The position numbers were made by a program, and so were the translations under genes. A stretch of 64,000 bases of DNA, from assembly GCF_001194135.2 (NCBI RefSeq), contig NC_068984.1:136121121-136185120 (forward strand), in the 5' to 3' direction. The notes beneath the pieces were generated by a model, which had not been told where the DNA came from, made no database searches, and was given only the letters and a program-made list of their open reading frames with translations. This DNA is from Octopus bimaculoides (Eukaryota). How positions within the stretch are numbered: position 1 is the first letter of the stretch; each line of letters begins with the position of its first letter. Shown one piece after another: positions 53,196 through 64,000 of the stretch.

Positions 53196-54885
53196 GTGTG
53201 TGTGTGTACGGTTGTTTGTATGAAAACGATAGTGAACGGATCAACGAAGTAAGGAAGTAAGACGATAAGAGAGAAAGAAACGTGGAAACAAGCTAACGGA
53301 GAGAGGGAGAAAGAGAAATAGAGATAGAAAGGATGGAAGAAACCCTATAACGGTAGCTGTAGCTCTGGTATAATATATAAAATGAAACCTTTTGTCTCGT
53401 GATGAGCAGCTTCATATGATAGGCTGCATCTTCGTATCTCTTTCAGGTTGCGAAACGATATCTGTGGCTAGAGGATAGTTTCAAGACTTTGTATACAGTA
53501 CGTATAATGTACATTAATAAGGCCAAGGAACATTCTTATTAATAAATAAAAGCTGCAACATATGTTTATCAAGAATTTCTAATTGAAAATAATTTTATGT
53601 TGCATATATATATATATATATATANNNNNNNNNNNNNNNNNNNNNNNNNNNNNNNNNNNNNNNNNNNNNNNNNNNNNNNNNNNNNNNNNNNNNNNNNNNN
53701 NNNNNNNNNNNNNNNNNNNNNNNNNNNNNNNNNNNNNNNNNNNNNNNNNNNNNNNNNNNNNNNNNNNNNNNNNNNNNNNNNNNNNNNNNNNNNNNNNNNN
53801 NNNNNNNNNNNNNNNNNNNNNNNNNNNNNNNNNNNNNNNNNNNNNNNNNNNNNNNNNNNNNNNNNNNNNNNNNNNNNNNNNNNNNNNNNNNNNNNNNNNN
53901 NNNNNNNNNNNNNNNNNNNNNNNNNNNNNNNNNNNNNNNNNNNNNNNNNNNNNNNNNNNNNNNNNNNNNNNNNNNNNNNNNNNNNNNNNNNNNNNNNNNN
54001 NNNNNNNNNNNNNNNNNNNNNNNNNNNNNNNNNNNNNNNNNNNNNNNNNNNNNNNNNNNNNNNNNNNNNNNNNNNNNNNNNNNNNNNNNNNNNNNNNNNN
54101 NNNNNNNNNNNNNNNNNNNNNNNNNNNNNNNNNNNNNNNNNNNNNNNNNNNNNNNNNNNNNNNNNNNNNNNNNNNNNNNNNNNNNNNNNNNNNNNNNNNN
54201 NNNNNNNNNNNNNNNNNNNNNNNNNNNNNNNNNNNNNNNNNNNNNNNNNNNNNNNNNNNNNNNNNNNNNNNNNNNNNNNNNNNNNNNNNNNNNNNNNNNN
54301 NNNNNNNNNNNNNNNNNNNNNNNNNNNNNNNNNNNNNNNNNNNNNNNNNNNNNNNNNNNNNNNNNNNNNNNNNNNNNNNNNNNNNNNNNNNNNNNNNNNN
54401 NNNNNNNNNNNNNNNNNNNNNNNNNNNNNNNNNNNNNNNNNNNNNNNNNNNNNNNNNNNNNNNNNNNNNNNNNNNNNNNNNNNNNNNNNNNNNNNNNNNN
54501 NTTTTTATAATTTTTGGCATATTTTTAAAAAATTCAAAATTTTTAAATAACTTTTACGTTATTGGCAAGAAAAGCCTTATAATCTCATTCTACCTCCCAT
54601 AATTCTATTAACTGGAATTTTTTAATGAAATTTTAATTTCTAGCATAAAACAACCTTAGAAACACGCTGGAATGATCAAAATAACATTTCAAAAACAAAC
54701 ATTTTAAATAGAAATAAGCGAGATATTGGGTGAAAAATTAGCAAACCTCATTTGAATATCAGCGAAATATACCTAGTAGATATAGCAAAAAGGTTAGATA
54801 TGTGTAAATATTGACAGATAATTATGAAATTTGTAATTTTTAAGTGATCTAATATGAGATCACTGGTAGGTAGTGGGTTAATAAC

Positions 54886-55091
54886 AGTTTGAAATGTTGT
54901 CACAGTACTAGCAGTTATTGTGGGTCGGGGAATTCGACTACATCAACCTCAGTACTGTCACTTATTTTCTCGACCCCGAAAGGACAAAAGGTAGAGTCGA
55001 CCTCAGCGGAATTTGAACTCAGAACGTAAAGACAGACAAAATGACGCTAAGTAAGTTGTGTATCGTGCTAACGATTCTCGCAGCTCGCCGC
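54886..55091 (-). mobile_element. Family-B SINE, near full length
   Basis: cgaccccgaaagga..gtcgacctcagcggaatttgaactcagaacgtaaagacagac..cgtgctaacgattct..cagctcgccg. Confidence 0.85.
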
Positions 55092-55458
55092 ACTGTTACA
55101 TTTTCTAATAATGCCGTGTATTATGTGGTTTGAGGAAATATACGCAAAAGAAAGTGATATACAAATTGTAAACAATTTATGAACGAGATAACATAAGACG
55201 TGATATAACAATGCGTGCATTAATTAATAGCAGAGAATACCAGATTAATTATTATTAAAGCATGAGTCCATATAATAACCTGATAGGAAGTTAATTAATG
55301 GATGCACACGCGTATACCAATCTGCATTTTGAAAGAAAGAAAGACCATATCTGAAGTCTCCCTACGTACACATGTGCATACTTGTGCACACATGCATATT
55401 CATACGCACACACTCTCATGCATATACTCATGCATACAAACACAGACACTTACACATT

Positions 55459-55505
<47 letters not shown>

Positions 55506-55601
55506 ATGACAGATAGATATATAGATAATGGATAGATTGATAGATAGATAGATAGACAGACATATAGACAAACAGACTGATAGACAGATAGATAGACATA
55601 C

Positions 55602-55698
<97 letters not shown>
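55459..55698. repeat. Compound (GATA)n(GACA)n(GGCA)n microsatellite
   Basis: Seen directly, with a stepwise change of repeat unit. Confidence 0.95.
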
Positions 55699-55699
<1 letters not shown>

Positions 55700-57739
55700 A
55701 CAGATTAATACAGATATATGTATGTATCATTTAATGTACACAATATATAGATACAAACAACGTATACTTTCTTGCTTTGGAGACACGGATCTAGGCAACA
55801 TTTTATGACTTACCGAAGCTTCCTTGGAGATGCAAGGCATGTTATAAAAAACATACCTAGACGAGTGTCTCCAAAACGAGAAACTGTTAGTAGCTCGAAT
55901 ATTTATACAGAGTACATTAAGCCGAAAGTTCTGTCGAAAGTGATCTCACGGATGAGAGGCCACTTATGGCGTAGGATCGAATTCGTTCTGTAGATATGGC
56001 ACAACGGACACTTTATTTTGGATATATTATAAAGAGTATCTGGTTAATGTTGTTAACAAAATTCTGAATTTTTTATGAAATGAAACCAGAACACTATGCA
56101 TTTCATTTTATTTTACTTTAGTGTTCCATTCTCATTTTCAATCTTGTTATTAAAACAATATTTGCAATCCCTCTTCAAGTGTTCTTTATGTTTAGTCTTT
56201 CAATATTTGGGCATGGTCTTAGATAAGATGTAATCATCTTTTACCGTTGTTCTCTATGTTGGTTTTATATGTATTTTAAAAAGTAACTATGTAGTTTCAG
56301 CCGCCCCACTTTACTCCACCTTAGGTGATAAAAAATAGTAACCTTCTAAACTATTTGTCACCTTCGTTGCAGAAGGTTTTGAAATCAACTCTCGTAGATG
56401 TCGGCAAAAAAAATGATATCATTCATTTTCAATAACACTTAGGCGATGATGAGGGACATTCTAAAGTGTAAGCATTGATCATTTGATTTTCTTTACTTTA
56501 TTTCGTTTGTTTGACTTCTAGCAACAGAAACTTAATGAGATTTTTTAGTGCTAACGAGTTTAAACGTAAAATGTTCAGGTAAAATATGAGCTGTTATTTT
56601 ACTGCAGCCTTTTCTTAACTACAGTAGACTCCAAAACAGAGTTGAGTGTTTCGAGTCACATATGAATTGAGTATAATCATGATATAGACTACATAACGAA
56701 TGTTTAAAATAGAAAAAAAAACAGCTGTTGCTCAGTAGCGGTGTATTTTCACTGCGTTCTGGTCAGTGAAAGTGAGACTTAGCATTTATACGAACCTGAA
56801 GAGTATATTTGAGTGCTGTTGATATTTACACAAAGTCTTGTACAATTTATACAATAATGGTTTTCGGTATGTATAGCGGTTGTCTTTGTAAACTTGGTGG
56901 ATAATCATAGACTCATTGTAGAATATCTTCCATGTCTCTCTTCGTGTAACTAGTGGTGATGTAGCGTGAGGTTTCTAGGTCGCGTCTGGATCATTCTTGT
57001 GTTTAATATAATTTGGGAACCGTTCTCTGTCGCTGAATGCGACAAGAAGCATTCACTTACAAACAACTTTCGCAGTCCATTTCAAATTATAACATTTGAA
57101 GTCAGAAACTTATCAATAACTTACTGTTGCTTGTTGGATACAATAAATGATCGATATGTGCATTTCTGTGAACTATCTCTCGGATGTATATGATATTGAA
57201 TAAATTCTGTTATTACTTGTGTGTAAATATAAAGCTCGGTATCTTCAACTTGGGCTTGTTGAAGTAATATAGAAATTATACTGTATAAATAAAACTTAAA
57301 AACAACTCGTATATACAAAAAAGAGATATTGATCATAAACTATCACCTTTAAAGACTTTGAACGCTTTTGTTAAGTCAATAAAGGTTATGCGTTGAGAAT
57401 ATACTTTGTTTGATTTGCTGTAATAGACACTTTGTCCATTGGAAAACTGTTGGGGTGGAAAGCACAGAGCAATTTTTAGTTTTAATTTATTTGAAAGCTT
57501 TTGAATACTACTTATCTACACACGTATAGACAAACTTCAGCATTCTTTGGTAATGTTTCCAGTCTATACATTCAATTTATTCTTATGGAAATCGAGAAAA
57601 AATATTCCTTACATTCGAAGGACCTGAAACATTTTCTTAACATTAGCATAGTAATTCTTGTCAGAGTTTTCATTGACAGTTTAAGAAATATCTGCTTATT
57701 CATCGTGACTAAAGAAAGCTAATGTTTGGAAAATTGTCA

Positions 57740-59100
57740 ATTTCATAGAGAACATGTGAACTTACTGTTTCCAAGGCAATATTTTCTTAATAATTCATGA
57801 TAAATAGCACCGCCCGGGGGGTGGTAACAGCAATATATCTGTCCTATACTCAAACAAATTTGCTGTGCTCCGATTTTAGATTTCTCCCTCATCCCCTTAC
57901 TCTTTAATTTACTACTCCAGCTCTTCAACTACCTACGTACTATTCTTTCAAACAACCCATTCCTTCACAGGTTATACCAAGTTTCTTTTTACCCTAAGCC
58001 TCTACACCCAAGTCTCATCTACACGCAACTGAGATGTCTCAAGTCGAATTTGCACAGATACCATGATTGGAAACCAAAGAAAAATACCTTCTAAAAGGTT
58101 ACACCAAGACTCCTGTGGTACAGAAACACTCATCAAAAATGCATGAATATGAACACCAAAATACTTCATCCTCAATTAATATTAACTCTCAATAAAACTC
58201 AAGTGAGAGTCACAATGGAAGATTGCTTCTATATCTGCGACAGTACTGGTGCCTGTATGTACATTCTATGTCACATCCAATGCAAAGAGCGGTGCAATAT
58301 TGCTCACAAAACATTCCGGCTTCTGGATCGTAGACAGGTCTCCAATTTTTATCTTCCCGAATGGTCCTACATCTGCTCTTTATAGCTGGCGGTCTCATAT
58401 CAATTTCATTCGGCCACACTATACTCATTGACCTCGCCAGTATATGTCGTCCATAGTGTGTTCAACCCCAGTCCCGTACGCGGAATTCTTTTTCCCATGA
58501 AACTTCCGGACCTCAGTTATGAACTCATTTGCATACAGACATTCAGAGCTCAACTATCAAGCTAATTTATGAGCGGCACATAACAAGTGATGAGCGATAA
58601 GATCACTTGGGTAAGGAATGACCATGCTTCTTTTCTCTTTTAATAATGCTTCTTGATCTTGTTCTAGTTTGAATCATGGCTGCCTCTGCGCAGTTATTTG
58701 TGTTATTTGTGTTTCTAAAGCGGTAAGGGAAGATTGTTGCTAGCACATCAACCTCTACTCACATTTTTCCCATCTACATCTTTACCATATGGGACCCTAA
58801 CAAAATCCGATAATAGGTATAGATGCAAATCTATTTAATTATTTGTCTCCTTCTAAAATCAGGCATATCTTGGTGATCGGTCGACTTACAACACCGTTCT
58901 TCGTCTTGGGTTTACTTGGTAGAGTATGTTTGTTAACTTGAAAACAAGGTCAAGGTGAGCGCTAATTAGATGTGCAAATGAGTTGATTACTGGGGTCCGG
59001 AACTCTCGTGAGGAAACAAATTTCGCGTCCCGTACTAACAAACATGTCGAATGCCTCTTGTTCAAATCGCAGGCTCCGTGCATGTCATTGTCATAATTGA
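57740..59100 (-). mobile_element. Heavily degraded L1/Tx1-like LINE ORF2 relic
   Basis: Collinear reverse-strand motifs: SAHLDLVF (58940-58963) and STDH (58873-58884), APE-endonuclease-like; KNWRPV (58333-58350), start of RT; MKYFGV (58152-58169), KYLG-like; then WSSKLK. The RT core between them appears deleted. Confidence 0.55.
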
Positions 59101-60049
59101 CTTAAATATAGCTGCTGAAGTGAAACATTATACCCGTTCATATTTCTGGTCTCTCGAGACCAACTTTGTTTCTAAGCACATACAGTTTCCCCAGACCAAA
59201 CTAAGGAAAATGTAAATAACTCTCCTCACATCGCCTCATCGTACATTAGTTTTAAAGGTTTATAACATCACTACAGCATATTGAATCTCCTGAATCTTAA
59301 TATGAAAATGACAAAAGGCTATCTTTAGAGTGTTGTTTCTTTCTAGCAATACATAATAATTAACTAACAACTAATTCCGATTGTAATTTTGTAGGTTAAT
59401 TCTAATTCCTGGTTAACTTTTGACTATAGATGCTTTCCGTTTAATTTATCATGTTTGCCACATTTTGGGTGTCAAAAATAGATTAAATAGCAAATATAAT
59501 GAGTTATGTTATTACTTGCCAGCTATCTCTAGAAGGTCTCTTAATGGTATTCTATTTTAATTAACTAATGAAGTTTAATTTTGGCCCGCACAGCAAATTT
59601 GAAATGTCAACGTTACATTCTGGCTACTGGTGATCATTAGAATTTCTTTTTTTTTTAACTTTGTATGTTTAATTGGTGTTTCCCGTCACATCATTTATAA
59701 TGCTTTATACTTTTCAGTGTTCTTATATGTGTGGTAGGCAGTCTAGCGGTGTAGCTACTAAATGTAACTGAGTCTGTTTATTATTGTCTTTTAGTTATAA
59801 TAAGTTGTGCTCGAACAGGCCTAGAGCTTTGTATATCAATGATTAAATTACCCAATCCTCGTATAATTAATACATTCCGTGTGATATTGATACGATTTCT
59901 CTCCTATTTCTACCAGGGCACAAACACACATAGAATCTTTATCGATGTAGCTTTTCTTTTCTTATTAGAAGGGTGTTCGCAATTAACTTTTCAAAAATAA
60001 TCCTATTTGGAAAATATCGATCCTCATTCATAAAATCCATTCTAAAACC

Positions 60050-60520
60050 TTATTCGTAATTTGTCGTTTTTCGTGCATATTTTGAATAGTTTTGATCTTC
60101 TAGAATACGATTTTGCAACCATTACAGCTTGTGTAAAGAGATGTGCTACAGCTGTTTCTTCTCAATATATGAGCTTACAGAACTTAGTGGGATACTGTAA
60201 AATATTTCTTGTTAATAAGCTACATGTAATCCAATACACTTTGTTAGCTGCTGAATATTGTTTCTTTTGTATAATACACAATGTTGTGCCTGAAGCATTC
60301 ATTGTGTGACATAAGCCTATTTTTGGCTGATCACAATTACCCTGCTCTTCAACAAGCAGAATAGTATCAATATGTATATAGTATTCTCCTTTGGGGTACA
60401 CTTGTACTGGGTTTCTAAAATATTCTTCGGTTGTCATTGCTATGCCCTGATCAAGATTCACAGAGCAACTAATAATTAAAGACATTCTATCCTTGGCCAT
60501 TCCACCATTAATGTGTATGC
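60050..60520 (-). mobile_element. Possible pogo/Tigger DDE transposase relic
   Basis: AKDRMSLIISCSVN..YFRNP..YSAANKVYWIT resembles KDR.T/.N, NPR and Y.AN.KAWMT of the DDE_1 family. The match is weak and by eye only. Confidence 0.35.
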
Positions 60521-60561
60521 ACAATCCAAATCATTCCAATTTGTATGTACAATATCTAATA

Positions 60562-60592
<31 letters not shown>

Positions 60593-63500
60593 NNNNNNNN
60601 NNATTTTTCAAAAAAATAAAATTTATATTAATAGGTAGGACCAATTTGACAAAAAAGTGAGCAGTGTCTGGTAGCGAATCCCTGTTATCGTCATTTTTGT
60701 GCATGTGCATAAAATCGCGAAATTTTACGTTTTGGGGCAGATTTCGCCAAATTGATGTCACGACGACTAGTGCGCAAAATGCCTCAATTTTGCTTGAGAA
60801 ATAAAATGCTCTTACATAATCAAAGCCTGAAGTACTGAGAAATTAAAAAACGAATTGAAATAAGTTTTAGCAAATCAAATCAATTCGCATTGAAATGCTG
60901 AATTAGTAAACACTAAAGAAATTGTCTTTAATAAGATGTCTGTTGGTAGCCATGAAACCTTTTTCGTTCAATTTTCGGAGCAGACGTGAAGGTAACTGTG
61001 GTAAACTCTCCGATCATGCACATCATACATTTACACCGGATGTGTCAATAGAATCCATGTTTAGAGCCTGCAGAATGACCCATTGAAACAGCTTGCCTAG
61101 ACCCGTTTCGCTTTCTTTTCATATTTCAAGAGTATCGATATTTGTTGACACATAAGCGGTAGAGCATCTTACTGTTGCTTATCTAAAATATAATGAGCAA
61201 CAATTTGTTGATTTCACCCGCTGCCAGTATGTTTATTTAGGAAAGAGACTTTGCGTGAATAAATTGGAATAGATTTACATACAACAATTTTCCTAAATAT
61301 GAATTGATCTTTAATATGTAAATAAGCCCTACAGCTTACCTTGAGTGAAATGATAAGCATTTATTTCAAGAATTAAAAAAGTGAGAAACCAGTTTATCGG
61401 AAGACATAAATGCTTACCTTTAAACGTAACGCGTGTGTTAAGTTACTACAGCTTTCTACTGGATAATCAGATAAGATAAATATTTATATCTTTGATGGGT
61501 TTTTATGAGTAATCCACAATATAAAGTTTGAGCGAATAAAGAAAGCCTAGAATCGCAGCAGACTGAAGAGTGTATTTGCTAGGGAAAAGGTGGACTCCTT
61601 TCGAAAAATAAGACGAGTTTGTTTATGGAAATATTAAGTTAAGTTCACAATGAAAGAGGTTCTCTTGTTATATTAATAGTGAAATAATGGAATTAGGGCA
61701 AATGAAATACTATAAACCTAAGCAATAGAATTGAAAGAGAATTATTGTGAGAAGTGGACTTGAAATATATAGAAAGCTGAGGCTGATAATCACTGACATT
61801 AAAAGAAATGGAAAGATGAATAATTAAAGAGAAAATGGTACTCCGAATCGGATGTTAAACCAAAGAGAATGAATGGACGTAAAATGTCATATTCGAGGAG
61901 ATGAAGTAATCCAAATGATCGGTTTGTGACAGAGAAGTAAACCGTAGCAGAATATTAGATGCGGAAAGAGACACAGATGACTTTTAAGAGAATTAAAGTA
62001 AGTAATCCACAGGCAAAGAGGCTGAAGATTTAGAAAGATAAGGAGGTTTTTGAGAAAATAGTAATGGGGAGAGTGATGAAGGAGGAAAGAGATGAAAGAA
62101 AAGGAAGACAAAAGAGGAAAAGGAAGAGTAAGATGTAACTATATTAGAATTAAGGTGTTCTTGGAAAAGACATGAGAGGGAAAAGAAGATAAAGTCATAA
62201 AAAAAGTAACATTACAGGAGATTATGAATCGTGTTATCATTAAACACTAAGTTGAAAATATAAACATACATTGATGTATCTTTAATGATTTTGTCATATT
62301 TAAATATTTAAATATGCTCTGTTATATGATAAGCAGCGTCTACAGAATGAATCAATGGACAAATATGTCAAAGTATTTTACAACCAAAGACTCAGTACGA
62401 TACGTATTTATAAAGCGGACTCGATTAAATTCTTCCAAGGCTCAGGTGACTGTTTTCTCCATTTTTACAAATATTCTCTGTTTGAATTAAGTATGAGGGT
62501 AGTATGATTTGCGTAGCAAATCGCTGGAACGTCATTCAAAATTTCCAGTACTAATTCGGATTTTTGCGTCCTAAGTAGTTCAAACTGTACCAGCATTAAG
62601 ATTGTGTTTGATCATTCGGTTTAAATAAGTCATATTTTAGTAACATACTTGAGATTTTAAAATCAATATCCGTAAATATATAATCAATATTTAAAAAATC
62701 AATATCGGTAAATATATAAAACGAGGATCAGATCATTCATATTATCGAACACTGGCTGTTAGGGTTCATATCTAGCATAATCCTGTTCGATGAGTGCTCC
62801 TGGAAGAGCTAACAAAGGGAAACGCCACCAGCAGTATCTAAAGTAGCAGCCGAATACCACACAGAATATGACTTAAATAAAGAAGTGTACATTCAGTAAT
62901 GCAGTCATCAATCACCGGTCTATATCAGAGCTGACCTGCGACTAATGAACAACGAGTATTTTCGAAAGATCACATACGATCGCATTGTACAAGATTACAT
63001 GTGTTTCGGAAGCCACCGTGCCTCCAAAAAAATGCCTCGTTATTCTGAAATGTTTGTTATCGAAGCGAATAAGATTAGAGAAGAATACGTACACTGCTAA
63101 TACCCCTTTAATGCTGTAGACTTTATATAAATGCTAATGTCAGAGGTGCATAAATTGTCTGCAAAAATCTCATTGTGAACAAGAAATTGATGCTAACATT
63201 GTTCAGAAGCAAGCGTCTTAAATGTTTCACATTTCTCGAAAAGATACCTTGTTCAATCCCTCTTATGTTCTGTACCTAAATTTTTGTCTATTCCATTTTA
63301 ACTGACGTTTCGAAGATTAAGAGGAAAGAGGGAAAAAGCAATGGGAGCGTCCAAGAGAGTGTCAAAAGCTTCGACCAATGTACATCGTAGATAATTATTT
63401 TATCGGCTCAAGTGGTATGAAGTCACGTTAATTCCGGTAAAACGTAACTTGAACATGAAGGTAGGTTTCGAGGAATTTTATAAGATTGGGCGTTTGTTTC

Positions 63501-64000
63501 TTCAACCGATTTTTAAAAAAAACACCATTTAGGCGTAGGAAGACAAATAAGTTTCTTCAAGAAAATTTTTTTTTTTTTTGTGAATTTAAAAATTAGGAAA
63601 TTGATATTCTGAACTGTAGTAGATAAAACCAACAACATTCCTACAAAAAAAAACCTATGCATATTAAATTTATGGCAGCACTGTTATGGTAAATCTATTC
63701 GTCAAAGAAGAACTTGTTATTCATAACCTATTGTTTCTACTTATTTCTTTGTGAAAGTCTACATTCTAGAAACTGAAGAGATATATATGCTTCTATGGTA
63801 AAATGATTTTAATGACATTTTAATGCAATCCATTTATTGAGCTTCTATTTTGCTGAAATATAAAGCAATGAGAAAATTGAGATACGTTGTCGGAGGTGAC
63901 GAATGATAAAAAACCTTCCTTTGGAATTAGCAGAAGAAACGATTGCGATTCCAATTTTGAAATAATTATGGAAAGATTTTGCATGCACTAACGAATTGTA

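Noticed and set aside
701-54602. Long ORFs containing X runs or YI/CV/HT/RE/poly-L/F/S repeats
   Set aside because: They are translations of N-gaps and microsatellites, not genes.
9335-55091. Most family-B SINE copies lie on the minus strand
   Set aside because: Too few copies, some adjacent and non-independent, to infer a host-gene orientation bias.
61700-62130. FEKIVMGRV..RKGRQKR resembling an RTE/BovB C-terminus
   Set aside because: Purine-rich low-complexity sequence can produce this by chance.
63296-63330. ctgacgtttcg (reverse: CGAAACGTCAG), like half of a Penelope hammerhead
   Set aside because: The CUGANGA half is absent.

Overview
AT-rich, microsatellite-saturated, gapped eukaryotic DNA from a short-read assembly. 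It has 20 N-gaps, most flanked by (TA)n, (GT)n or (GA)n. The SINE sequences and repeat density resemble an Octopus (cephalopod) genome; this is my inference from recall, not a database result. I found no host protein-coding gene, tRNA, rRNA or CRISPR array. Most ORF-track entries are artefacts of microsatellites and N-runs, and the rest mostly trace to dead transposons. Content: three tRNA-derived SINE families; two RLE-type non-LTR retrotransposon relics; an L1/Tx1-like relic; two mariner relics and one maT-like Tc1/mariner relic; a long-TIR MITE; and weaker pogo-like and piggyBac-like relics. The two best unexplained structures are a type I hammerhead-ribozyme fold at 24535-24608 and a perfect 104-bp inverted repeat at 16995-17260. 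Several other hairpins could be dsRNA/ADAR substrates if transcribed. All protein-family calls come from reading motifs by eye and need HMM or Repbase confirmation.
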